64,000 nucleotides of DNA. Origin: Candidatus Poribacteria bacterium. GTDB lineage: Bacteria > Poribacteria > WGA-4E > WGA-3G. The notes beneath the pieces are model-generated. The model had not been told where the DNA came from, searched no databases, and saw nothing but the letters and a program-made list of their open reading frames with translations. Positions 1 to 9,429 of the stretch are shown in pieces (positions within the stretch are counted from its first letter, which is position 1; every line of letters starts with the position of its first letter). The position numbers and the translations under genes are program-made. Location: the NCBI GenBank assembly GCA_965205015.1, contig OZ242029.1:2848001-2912000 (forward strand). The letters are read 5' to 3'.

Positions 1-420
1 CTTCGGATTTACCGTCGGTCTACACATTGTGAACGCTGGCGAGATTTGATACTTCTCAGCGAGTAGGATTTTCAGCAATGCAACAGAGGTTCGGGAATTC
101 GTATCGAGCCCAATACGTTGAATCTCTGAAATCGGAACGCGACTGAAGAGTTGGATGCTTTTGACGCTTCCGTGAGACGCAATGGATATATCTGGTAAAA
201 TGCAGTAAGACGTATCCGACGGATTCGCCCGAAAATATTCAATAATCGGAATCAACCCAACATCAAGGGCACCTTTACTTAAAAGTGCGGCAACGCGGCT
301 TGGTACATCAACACTCAGCACAATATCCGTTTGGATTTCTTCGTTTAAAAGGGGATAAATAAGCGGTTTGGTATTCAGGAACGAGACTGCGCCAACCCTT
401 AAGCGGCTTTTCTGTACCAC
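1..420 (-). CDS. mqnA: Chorismate dehydratase MqnA (futalosine pathway), 3' end outside the window
   Basis: Not in the ORF track. Manual translation from GTG at 420 gives VVQKSRLRVGAVSFLNTKPLIY...SVDVPSRVAALLSKGALDVGLIPIIEY...IASHGSVKSI, matching the MqnA N-terminus. It overlaps the 3' end of mqnE. Confidence 0.85.
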   Translation of the reverse strand, partial: MVQKSRLRVGAVSFLNTKPLIYPLLNEEIQTDIVLSVDVPSRVAALLSKGALDVGLIPIIEYFRANPSDTSYCILPDISIASHGSVKSIQLFSRVPISEIQRIGLDTNSRTSVALLKILLAEKYQISPAFTMCRPTVNPK

Positions 421-1535
421 CGATTCCCCTCTCGAATGATCTCATTGTAAAGCGTATCACGCTCAACAGGCAGGAAGCCAGCCTCCTCAATGAGGTGTGT
501 GAGTGCTGAAACGGAAACAGCCTCGGGTGTGTCCGCTCCTGCCATGTGTGTGATTTTTTCCTCGGTTACCGTGCCATCGATATCATCAGCCCCGAAGCGA
601 AGTGCGACCTGTGCAGTTTTCAAGCCGGTCATAATCCAGTACACTTTAATGTGCGGTAAGTTATCGAGCATTAAACGGGCAACAGCGATGTTCCGAAGAT
701 CGGTCAAACCCGTCGTTGAGGGGAGATACGCCATGCGGGTGTTGGCGGGATGAAACGCAAGTGGGATGAACGTCACGAAACCACCGGATTTATCCTGTTG
801 CTCCCGCAACCGAATGAAATGATCCACTCTGTCCTCATTTGTCTCAAGGTGTCCGTAAAGCATCGTTGCGTTTGTGGAAATTCCGAGACGATGTGCAATG
901 TCGTGAACCTCCAGCCATCCTTCCGCACTCAGTTTGCCTGGGCAAATCTTCTCGCGTGTTTCTTCCGCAAATATTTCAGCACCCCCACCGGGCAACGAAT
1001 CCAAACCCGCATCCCGCAATTCTATCAAAATATCTTCTATTGACATTTTGAAGATACGTGAAAAGTGATGAATTTCGACAGCGGTGAAGAATTTGAGGTG
1101 TACCTGTGGCATCCGTTCCTTGAGTCCACGGATGATGTCCAGGTAGTAATTAAAAGGTAGTTTAGGATGTAACCCGCCAACACTATGAATCTCAGTGCAT
1201 CCGTTCTCTATAGAATACATCGCCTTGTCTAAAAATTCATCAACACTCATTTCCCATGCCCCTTCGGTTTGCATATTTTTTCGGGCAAAGGCACAAAAAT
1301 GGCACCGAGCGTGCAGGATACAAACATTTGAATAATCGATATGCTGGTTGATGTTATAGTAAGCGACGTTTCCATTTAGACGTTCACGGGCATGATTCGC
1401 GATAAATCCAACGCCTGTAATATCCGGGCTTTCATAAAGCGCGACCCCCTCCTCAAAGGAGAGGCGTTGTTCTGCCTTGACCTTCTCATAAATTTCGGGC
1501 AACTTGGGGTCCGTAAAACGACTGTAGTTCTCCAT
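399..1535 (-). CDS. mqnE: Aminofutalosine synthase MqnE (radical SAM, CofH/MqnC family)
   Basis: CxxxxxCxFC (NVCILHARCHFCAF), PGGGAEIF, NATMLYGH, FIPLAFHP, HIKVYW and GTVTEEKITHMAGA motifs; adjacent to mqnA. Confidence 0.88.
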   Translation of the reverse strand: MENYSRFTDPKLPEIYEKVKAEQRLSFEEGVALYESPDITGVGFIANHARERLNGNVAYYNINQHIDYSNVCILHARCHFCAFARKNMQTEGAWEMSVDEFLDKAMYSIENGCTEIHSVGGLHPKLPFNYYLDIIRGLKERMPQVHLKFFTAVEIHHFSRIFKMSIEDILIELRDAGLDSLPGGGAEIFAEETREKICPGKLSAEGWLEVHDIAHRLGISTNATMLYGHLETNEDRVDHFIRLREQQDKSGGFVTFIPLAFHPANTRMAYLPSTTGLTDLRNIAVARLMLDNLPHIKVYWIMTGLKTAQVALRFGADDIDGTVTEEKITHMAGADTPEAVSVSALTHLIEEAGFLPVERDTLYNEIIREGNRWYRKAA

Positions 1536-1614
1536 TATTTATTTATCCTAATTGGTTCTCCATTTTCCCGCGAAGTTTGCAAGCCAAAACTTGCTATAGA
1601 GAGTGAGAAATTGC

Positions 1615-1668
1615 TTGACACTCGTTTCTTAATAAAGGTATTATAGCATAGGGACGTTAAAAATGCAA
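1615..1668. promoter_or_regulatory. Overlapping divergent sigma70-type promoters
   Basis: Minus strand: TTGCAT(1668-1663)-17 nt-TATAAT(1645-1640) with extended TG. Plus strand: TTGACA(1615-1620)-18 nt-TATTAT(1639-1644). Confidence 0.55.
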
Positions 1669-1790
1669 GTCTTTTTTCGTTGTCAACAGTCGTAAACCAT
1701 CAACCGTCAGCAGTTGGCTGCACATGTTTAAGAGCGGTTTTTTAACTGCTCTTATGAAGTCCGGGGACTCAAAGAGGAGTAGAAAAATTT

Positions 1791-2591
1791 ATGCCAAAAT
1801 TAGGACTTATCCATTACAACTACGCAAGCAAATCACTTGACGATTTCCTGAAATTTACGAGTGAAACGGGGTTCCGCTACGTCGAACTCCAAATTGGCGA
1901 TGTCTGGAACTCGGAGGTCGCGAATCCTGAGCAGAACGCCGAAGCCGTGAGAGCACAGGTTGAAGGTTACGGTTTACAGGTCTCCGCACTGGCGGCAGGG
2001 AACGATTTCGTTGTGTTGGAAGAGGAGGCTATCCAGTCCCAAGTGGCTCGGATGGAACGCATTGCAGGACTTGCGAAACGCCTCGGTACTTCGGTTCTCC
2101 GCACTGAGGGGGGTGCCGCAAAAGATGCCGTTCCAGAAAGTCGATGGGTCGAAGCGATGGCTGGATGTCTGACCCGATGCCTTGAATTCGCCGAACGTGA
2201 TGAGGTCTACTTGGCAGTGGACAATCACGGCATCGTTACAAATGACGGTGATTTGCAAGTAGAGCTCTTTGAACGTGTCGGTTCCAAATATGTCGGTGCG
2301 AATATGGACACGATGAATTACCGTTGGGCGGGACACGATTTAGAAACCGTGGGCAGATATTATGAGATCGTCGCGCCTTATACATTGCACACGCACCTGA
2401 AAGACGGGACGGGTTCACGTGGGGATTACCGCGGCGAAGCCCTCGGTGAAGGTGAAATAGATCTGGCAAAAGCGATTCGCTGTCTGAGGGAAGCAGGCTA
2501 TGATGGCGTCTGGTGTTGTGAATATGAAGGTAGGGAAAACGACGGCACGGGTCAAAGAAAAAGTTTCACGTGGATGCAAGCAAATTTATAG
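1791..2591 (+). CDS. Sugar phosphate isomerase/epimerase (xylose isomerase-like TIM barrel)
   Basis: LAVDNHG, NMDTMNY, HTHLKD, LGEGEID and GYDGVWCCEYE motifs; GAGGAG SD. Confidence 0.8.
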   Translation: MPKLGLIHYNYASKSLDDFLKFTSETGFRYVELQIGDVWNSEVANPEQNAEAVRAQVEGYGLQVSALAAGNDFVVLEEEAIQSQVARMERIAGLAKRLGTSVLRTEGGAAKDAVPESRWVEAMAGCLTRCLEFAERDEVYLAVDNHGIVTNDGDLQVELFERVGSKYVGANMDTMNYRWAGHDLETVGRYYEIVAPYTLHTHLKDGTGSRGDYRGEALGEGEIDLAKAIRCLREAGYDGVWCCEYEGRENDGTGQRKSFTWMQANL

Positions 2592-2594
2592 CCA

Positions 2595-3425
2595 ATGAAT
2601 GAACCCTCTCGTATCATTACGTTAACAACCGATTTCGGCACGAGCGATGCTTATGTTGGTATCATGAAAGGGGTCATCCTCGGCATTAATCCGAATACAC
2701 AGATAGTTGACCTCACACACGCTATCCCACCCCAAGATATCTGCGAAGCGGCTTTCTCAATTTATGCTGCCTATCGTTACTTTCCGAAAGGAACGATTCA
2801 TATCATCGTAGTGGATCCGGGGGTAGGGAGCGGTCGACAAGCGATAGTTAGCCACGTAGACAATGCTTTCTTCGTCTGTCCTGACAATGGTGTGCTGAGT
2901 TACCTATTGCATAGCGTTGAGAATGAAGGGGGACACCCTGTAGATTCTGTGGCGATTCAAAACAGTGCGTATTGTTTGCCAGAGGTAAGCAACACATTCC
3001 ACGGTAGGGATATCTTCGCACCCGTCGCCGCGCATCTATCGCTCGGCGTGCCGCTTGATAACATCGGTCCGGCGGTGCCAACGCTCGTTCAACTCCCGAT
3101 TCACGTTCCGGCGCTCTCCGGTAATACACTGACGGGACAAATTGTTAAAATTGATAGATTCGGGAATGCAATAACAAATATACCGGAAACCGCAATTGCT
3201 CGTTTAGAAAGCGCGTCTACGGCAGACATGCCTGTTTATGAAATCAGAGTTGGAAGTGCGAGACTTAATCGACTGAACCGTGCTTATGCGGAATCTGGTA
3301 TCGGCGAACCTTTGGCGATCATTGGAAGTTACGGGTTGTTAGAAATTGCGATAAATGGTGGGAATGCCAAAGAGGGTTTGGCAATAAAACGGGGGGATCC
3401 CGTCGTAGTTCAGAGGTTTGATTGA
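2595..3425 (+). CDS. SAM hydroxide adenosyltransferase (DUF62; SAM-dependent halogenase superfamily)
   Basis: TLTTDFG, VVDPGVGSGR, PDNG, SNTFHGRDIFAP and IDRFGN motifs; the Asp-Arg-His triad typical of hydrolytic DUF62 enzymes is present. Confidence 0.88.
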   Translation: MNEPSRIITLTTDFGTSDAYVGIMKGVILGINPNTQIVDLTHAIPPQDICEAAFSIYAAYRYFPKGTIHIIVVDPGVGSGRQAIVSHVDNAFFVCPDNGVLSYLLHSVENEGGHPVDSVAIQNSAYCLPEVSNTFHGRDIFAPVAAHLSLGVPLDNIGPAVPTLVQLPIHVPALSGNTLTGQIVKIDRFGNAITNIPETAIARLESASTADMPVYEIRVGSARLNRLNRAYAESGIGEPLAIIGSYGLLEIAINGGNAKEGLAIKRGDPVVVQRFD

Positions 3426-3489
3426 AGGTATAAGCCCAAGTGGGTTATAATAAGATAAAATTAGATTCATCAAGGAGGATGGAACGGAA

Positions 3490-4485
3490 TTGAAACAGAT
3501 TACATTAACTGGAATCAAACCAACGGGGCAGCCGCATATCGGGAACTATCTCGGCATGATCAAACCGGCATTGGAGCTCGCGAAGGATTTTCAAGCACTC
3601 TACTTTATAGCGGATTATCACGCCCTCACGACTGTAAGGGATAAGAAGGAATTGGCGCATTTAACGTATCAAGCCACTGCGACGTGGTTAGCGTTGGGAT
3701 TAAATCCTGATGAGGCGATTTTCTACCGTCAGTCGGACATTCCGGAGGTGTTCGAATTGTCGTGGGTGTTGTCCTGTTTTACGGCAAAGGGTTTGCTCAA
3801 CCGTGCACACGCCTACAAAGCGATTGTTGATGACAATATCGCCGAGGGACGTGAAGAGGATAAGAACATTAACGCGGGGCTCTTCACCTATCCGGTTTTG
3901 ATGGCAGCAGATATTTTGCTCTTTGGAACACACATTGTGCCGGTCGGGCTTGACCAGCAGCAACACCTTGAAATTACCCGCGATGTTGCTTTGACGTTCA
4001 ACAAAAATTACGACAACGTCTTAACGATTCCGGAAGCCGTCATTCGGAAAGAGGTGATGACGATTCCGGGAATTGATGGCAGAAAGATGAGCAAAAGTTA
4101 TAACAACATCATCCCAATTTTCGCACCTTCTAACCAAGTGCGCAAACCTGTCATGCGCATTGTAACCGATTCCAAGCGTCCGGAAGATCCGAAGGACCCG
4201 GACGCATGTAACATCTTTGCGATCTACCGTCATCTCGCGGACGCAGATGCTGTCGCTGCGAAGCGACAACTCTATCTTGAGGGTGGGCTCGCCTACGGCG
4301 AGATGAAAAAAGAGTTGTTTGCGCTGCTGGAGGCCACTTTTTCCGAGCAACGTGATCGGTATAATGCGTTAATGGACAATCCTGAGGAGTTGGATAAAAT
4401 ACTTGAACAAGGGGCGGAGAAAGCACGCGATATCGCGGGCCCGATTCTGACGAAGGTTCGCAAAGCAGTCGGGGTGAGTTCTTAA
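3490..4485 (+). CDS. trpS: Tryptophan--tRNA ligase
   Basis: TGIKPTGQPHIGNY (HIGH), YPVLMAADIL, VPVGLDQQQH, KMSKS. Confidence 0.97.
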   Translation: MKQITLTGIKPTGQPHIGNYLGMIKPALELAKDFQALYFIADYHALTTVRDKKELAHLTYQATATWLALGLNPDEAIFYRQSDIPEVFELSWVLSCFTAKGLLNRAHAYKAIVDDNIAEGREEDKNINAGLFTYPVLMAADILLFGTHIVPVGLDQQQHLEITRDVALTFNKNYDNVLTIPEAVIRKEVMTIPGIDGRKMSKSYNNIIPIFAPSNQVRKPVMRIVTDSKRPEDPKDPDACNIFAIYRHLADADAVAAKRQLYLEGGLAYGEMKKELFALLEATFSEQRDRYNALMDNPEELDKILEQGAEKARDIAGPILTKVRKAVGVSS

Positions 4486-4731
4486 TCGGCATTAATTTTT
4501 TTGTTTGTAAATCTTTCTGGAGGTATGCTATAATGAGGAGATAGCGGGTTCAGAAAAAAAACTTGCATTTTAATGCAAAATATGTCAAAATATATTTAAC
4601 GCCTATTTTTACCGTTGCGCGGAACATCAGGCGATCAACATGCGTCGATAGTTTGATAGACAGTGGAGTAGTGCCACGAAACAGTCCGCGTTGCAACGCG
4701 GCAAATCTCTAAAGAAAGTGAGAGGATTCAA

Positions 4732-5523
4732 ATGAAATTTAACGCTTTAACATTTATCCTGTTTAGTTTAGGACTGATGGTGATCAGTCTCGTTGCGGTG
4801 AACAGTAGTAGTGCCGCAATTGACCAGAGCAGTGTTGTCGGTATTTGGCTGTTCGACGAAGGCGGCGGAAGTGAAGTGTGGGACTCCTCAGGAAACGCAG
4901 CCAGGTCAGGAAGGGCAGTCAAGCCAGACCATATTGTCAATGCCCCTATATGGGTGGAGGGACGATTCGGTAGTGCTTTAGCATTCGATGGCAGCTGTGT
5001 CCAGACAGGTCGAAAGCTTCTCAATGGTGTGCGTGAATTCACAATCGTTGCGTGGATAAAACCGGGAACGATCACCGAGAATCGGATCGGATTGATAGGG
5101 CAGAACGATTCTCCGGAATTCGGTTTTATTGACCCTGGCACCGTTTCGCTCTGGACGCCGGCAGCTGGCATTAATAATAATCCATACGAGCATCCACCGG
5201 GTGAGTGGCACCATGTCGCCGCTGTCGCTTCCCAAGAATTCACGAAGGTTTACATTGATGGCGATGCGACCACAAAAAATGGGAATTGGTCCAATCATGG
5301 CAGATCCGATTTCAACGTGAACATCGGTGGATGTGGTGTTTGGGATCCTAACGGCAATTGGTTCACAGGGGCAATGGACGAAGTCGGTATCTTCCACGCG
5401 CCTTTGACGGATGCCGATATTACTGATATTATGAATAATGGCTTGACTGCCTTAGGCGTTGCAGTAGAACCCGCAGGCAAACTTGCAGTGACTTGGGGCA
5501 CCCTCAAGCGGAAAGAATACTAA
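4732..5523 (+). CDS. Secreted LamG/concanavalin-like domain protein with C-terminal KLAxTWGxLK tail
   Basis: Signal peptide; WLFDEGGG, FTIVAWIK, WHHVAAV, GAMDEVGIF; ends AVEPAGKLAVTWGTLKRKEY. Confidence 0.85.
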   Translation: MKFNALTFILFSLGLMVISLVAVNSSSAAIDQSSVVGIWLFDEGGGSEVWDSSGNAARSGRAVKPDHIVNAPIWVEGRFGSALAFDGSCVQTGRKLLNGVREFTIVAWIKPGTITENRIGLIGQNDSPEFGFIDPGTVSLWTPAAGINNNPYEHPPGEWHHVAAVASQEFTKVYIDGDATTKNGNWSNHGRSDFNVNIGGCGVWDPNGNWFTGAMDEVGIFHAPLTDADITDIMNNGLTALGVAVEPAGKLAVTWGTLKRKEY

Positions 5524-5770
5524 GCAATTGTAGCATAGGACGGGCTGACGGAGCGGCGCGCATCGCTGTATCTGCAACTTGTCCTATGTCACTTTTAACG
5601 GATAGACCCCGGTCCAAGACTCGTTTGAAAAAACAAATCCCAAAACCGGGGCAAAATTTATCAGCGCAGCAGGACGCAGAAGAGTCGTTACCATCCTATC
5701 GCGACACTTTTTCAATCCAGTTCCAACTGCCTATGCGGGTGGGACTGTACTGAAACAGTTACAAAACAGA

Positions 5771-6061
5771 CTACATGTTCCTGTCCGCGTCGTCATACCG
5801 GCGCGGCTCGCGGCGTTGCTCGCGAGGGCGTGCGGGATTGACTTTCAACGGACGTCCCATCATTTCTTGGCCATCCAACGCTTCTATCGCTCGCTCGCCG
5901 TCCTCTTGGTTTTCCATCTCAACGAAGCCAAACCCTTTGGAGCGACCATCGTACCGGTCACGGATAATCGTAGCAGTAGCAACCGGACCATACTCACCAA
6001 AGAGTTCTTCGAGGTCGGTTTCCGTGGCCGCATAAGGCACGTTGCCAACGTAGATATTCAT
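5771..6061 (-). CDS. RRM (RNP) RNA-binding protein
   Basis: RNP2 IYVGNV and RNP1 KGFGFVEM; AAGGAG SD. Confidence 0.95.
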   Translation of the reverse strand: MNIYVGNVPYAATETDLEELFGEYGPVATATIIRDRYDGRSKGFGFVEMENQEDGERAIEALDGQEMMGRPLKVNPARPREQRREPRRYDDADRNM

Positions 6062-6427
6062 CTCGTTTCTCCTTTTAGAAATTATATGTACCCTAATCCA
6101 GCATCACGAAGACAACCGGGACATTCACGCGAACCGTGTCTCTCAAAAAGCCGGTATAGGGAATAGAAGTACGGGAAAATGAGAAAACTGAGCACTGTCA
6201 GCATTTTCAAAGGCAGAAATTTGGCAGCAAGCGTAGGTGGACATTGCACGCAATGCCCAAATTGCAAAGAAGATTGGGAAAAAGTAACTCTCATCAATCT
6301 CTTGTTGGAAGCCTCGTCACACTTACAATGAGCATGTTTCGGTTCCAAACCGTAAAACTGTCAAAACACTACTCGTAACTTTGCCAGCGGACACTATCCA
6401 CATTTCCCTTAAACAAATTTACATTCA

Positions 6428-6456
6428 ATTATATCACAATTTATATTACTTGTCAA
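6428..6456 (-). promoter_or_regulatory. Consensus sigma70 promoter for the RRM gene
   Basis: TTGACA(6456-6451)-17 nt-TATAAT(6433-6428) with extended -10 TG. Confidence 0.75.
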
Positions 6457-6528
6457 TATTAATTTTTTCTGTTGAATGATTTTATCAAATTTGTCTACTT
6501 CTAAAACCCCGAATTCATTCCGGCGGTA

Positions 6529-9411
6529 TCACTTTGCCGTCATCCAATTATCTCCGATGCCTGCCTCTGTTCGAAGCGGTACTCGAAGCGACATTGCGTT
6601 CTCCATCTCTTCACACACAATGGCGGCATGCTCCTCAGCGAGTGTCTCCGGCGTTTCGAGAACTAATTCGTCATGAATCTGTAGCAGCATTTTCAACGGA
6701 AGTTTGTCCTGATCAATACGACGCTGCACTTGCACCATTGCTGCTTTCATTAAGTCTGCAGCAGAACCCTGCACCACGGTATTGATTGCCAGCCGCTCTC
6801 CAAGGCTTCGCCGACTACGGTGGGTAGCATAGATTTCAGGAATGGCGCGTCGCCTGCCCGTGAGCGTGCTAACATATCCGTGATCCGATGCCTGCTGGAC
6901 ACACTGCTGTAGAAAACGATCTATCCCCGGAAAACGCGTTTTGTAATCATCAATAAGGGCAGCCGCCTCTTTCACACGCATCCCCTTAATCCGACGCGAG
7001 AGTCCTGTTGGCGAAACCCCGTAAATGATACCAAAATTGATGGTCTTCGCCTTATCACGAAGTTCACGCGTAACCGAGGCAGACGGCACCTCAAATACCT
7101 GCGAAGCAACTGCTGTGTGGATGTCTAAATCTTGGGTAAAGGTCTCGATTAAACTTTTATCTTTGCTAAAGTGTGCAAGGATGCGAAGTTCAATCTGTGA
7201 ATAATCCGCACAGATTAACTTATTTCCTTCTGGCGCCCGAAAGGCGCGCCGTAACTGTCTGCCAATCTCGGTTCGGACAGGAATGTTCTGTAGATTCGGG
7301 TGATCGGACTTCAAACGTCCTGTGGCTGTCGTTAACTGATAGAGATGTGTGTGGATACGCTGTGTTTTTGGGTCAACAGCGTTCTGGAGTTGCGCGAGGT
7401 ACGTACTCTGTAATTTACGGAATTGGCGGTACTCAATTATTAAACGTGGCACGCTCGTCTTCGGATTGTTGATATCCTCTCTCAGAGAGAGTGCCTCTAA
7501 AACAGTCACATCGGTGGAAACTTTGCCACCGCGTGTCCGTTTCACAGGTTTGAAACCGAGTTCATCGAACAGCACGTGGGCGAGTTGTCTCGGTGAATCA
7601 ATATTACACGGATGTCCGACGATTTCGTGAATCTCCTTTTGCCGAGCATCAACGAGTTCGCTAATCACAACGCTTTGGCGTTTGAGTTCTTCCTTATCGC
7701 AAACGATGCCGTTATACTCCATTTCAGCGAGCACAGGGGCGAGCGGTGACTCTATATCGCGCGCTAACGCTGTGATTCCTATCTCATCAAGTTTTGGCGT
7801 AAGGAAATGATAGAGTCGGAGGGTAATGTCAGCATCCTCTGCGGCGTAAATTGTGGCTTGTTCCAATGGCACTTCATCGATTGTTTTCTGTTGACCTGTC
7901 TCTGCGTCAAACAGTTCACCTAAGTCCGTCGTTTCGCCAGCAGGTGTTGCATCGCCTGAATCCGTCGTTAGTTCCTGAAAAGAGATCATCTTGTGCTCTA
8001 AGTGGAGCAACGCCAGTGTATCAAGGTTGTGGGAGGGGGTCTGTGCATCAACTAATTGACTCGCGAGCAGTGTATCGAAAACTGCCCCTTGGAGTTTAAC
8101 ACCGTTCCTGATAAGAACGCTGGCATCAAACTTCAGATTGTGCCCACATTTCGGTAGCGCGGGATTCTCCAAAATCGGCTTAAGTGCCGAAAGCACGGTG
8201 TCTTTATCCAAATGATCTTCAGGGTGTGGTGAACGAATGGGGACGTAAACGCCTTGCTTGGGTTTCCATGAGAAACTTAACCCACACAGCGTTGCATCAC
8301 GTTCCAAGCCATCCGTTTCGGTGTCAAAACTAATAATCTCTTGGGTTTCCGATAGCGTATCAACGAGATCTTGCAATTGGTCAGGTGTAATAATCGTCGA
8401 ATAGTCTCCTGTTTCAGCGGTGTCGTAGTCGCCTTTTTCCAAAATGGCATCTGTTTTCTGCGCTAACGCCGCAACCCGTTCCTTGCGCGTTGTTGGTGTA
8501 GGCGTAACAGCGGACGTAGCATCACCCCCTGCGAGTTCCGTCACAACTTGCTCGTAGCGTTTGAGTTCTAATTCTTGAAAGAGTGGGAGGATCTTCTGGA
8601 GGTTAAGCGGTTTGACGCGTGCTTGCTCTATGGAGAAGTCCAAAGTAGCATCTCGCTTCAAGGTTACGAGCCGCCTTGAAAGATCGAGTTGTGAACGTGC
8701 CTTCTCCAAATTTTCGCGACGTTTCCCTTTAATCTCATCAATGTTCTCAAAAATACCTTCAATGGAACCGTACTGCTGAATCAAGTGCGCTGCGGTTTTC
8801 AAGCCGATTTTCTTAACGCCTGGGACGTTATCTGAAGTATCTCCCATGAGGGCAAGCGCATCAACAACCTGGGACGGTTTTATGCCTTTCGTTTCCCACA
8901 GTGTCTGCTCGTCAATAATCTTATCGTTATGGAGGTCAAGCATTGTAACCCGATCACCGAGCAACTGTTCAAGGTCTTTGTCTTTGGAAATAATAGTGAC
9001 ATCGACATCACGTGCTTCTGGATCGTCAAGAATTGTCTGTGTGACAGAGGCGATGATGTCGTCTGCTTCCAATTCGGGTTTACCAAGCGTCAAGATACCA
9101 AACGCCTCAAGCAATTGGAGGATGCGGTGAATCTGAGTCACCAGATCATCAGGTGCCGGAGAACGATTCGCCTTGTATTGCGAATAAAGTTCATTGCGAA
9201 ACGTGTCCCCCGGTGTATCAATCGCAGCGACGATATATTTTGCCTGAAGTTGCGTCAATATCCGAATAAGTGTGCCAGCGACCCCGAATACAGCATGGGT
9301 TGCCTCGCCGGTGATGCTGCTCGTTAATCCGCTACGAATCGCATAATAAGCCCGAAATATTTCGGCGTGCGTGTCAATAATATAGACGGTATCTTTTTGC
9401 TCGTTTTGCAT
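6529..9411 (-). CDS. polA: DNA polymerase I
   Basis: 5'-3' exonuclease (EADDII, GDTSDNVPGV), 3'-5' exonuclease (FDTET) and polymerase motifs DYSQIELR, KTINFGIIYG, QIHDEL. Confidence 0.98.
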   Translation of the reverse strand: MQNEQKDTVYIIDTHAEIFRAYYAIRSGLTSSITGEATHAVFGVAGTLIRILTQLQAKYIVAAIDTPGDTFRNELYSQYKANRSPAPDDLVTQIHRILQLLEAFGILTLGKPELEADDIIASVTQTILDDPEARDVDVTIISKDKDLEQLLGDRVTMLDLHNDKIIDEQTLWETKGIKPSQVVDALALMGDTSDNVPGVKKIGLKTAAHLIQQYGSIEGIFENIDEIKGKRRENLEKARSQLDLSRRLVTLKRDATLDFSIEQARVKPLNLQKILPLFQELELKRYEQVVTELAGGDATSAVTPTPTTRKERVAALAQKTDAILEKGDYDTAETGDYSTIITPDQLQDLVDTLSETQEIISFDTETDGLERDATLCGLSFSWKPKQGVYVPIRSPHPEDHLDKDTVLSALKPILENPALPKCGHNLKFDASVLIRNGVKLQGAVFDTLLASQLVDAQTPSHNLDTLALLHLEHKMISFQELTTDSGDATPAGETTDLGELFDAETGQQKTIDEVPLEQATIYAAEDADITLRLYHFLTPKLDEIGITALARDIESPLAPVLAEMEYNGIVCDKEELKRQSVVISELVDARQKEIHEIVGHPCNIDSPRQLAHVLFDELGFKPVKRTRGGKVSTDVTVLEALSLREDINNPKTSVPRLIIEYRQFRKLQSTYLAQLQNAVDPKTQRIHTHLYQLTTATGRLKSDHPNLQNIPVRTEIGRQLRRAFRAPEGNKLICADYSQIELRILAHFSKDKSLIETFTQDLDIHTAVASQVFEVPSASVTRELRDKAKTINFGIIYGVSPTGLSRRIKGMRVKEAAALIDDYKTRFPGIDRFLQQCVQQASDHGYVSTLTGRRRAIPEIYATHRSRRSLGERLAINTVVQGSAADLMKAAMVQVQRRIDQDKLPLKMLLQIHDELVLETPETLAEEHAAIVCEEMENAMSLRVPLRTEAGIGDNWMTAK

Positions 9412-9429
9412 TGTTCTTGTGCCTGCCTC

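Noticed and set aside
2595-3425. Fluorinase/chlorinase (halogenase)
   Set aside because: It carries the DPGVGxxR and TFHGRD motifs of hydrolytic DUF62 enzymes rather than the FlA/SalL halide-pocket sequences, and no biosynthetic cluster is nearby.
4650-4690. Hammerhead ribozyme (stem followed by GAAAC)
   Set aside because: The required CUGANGA core is absent.
6082-6348. 88-aa ORF upstream of the RRM gene
   Set aside because: TTG start without a clear SD and no protein-like motif; better explained as an untranslated leader.
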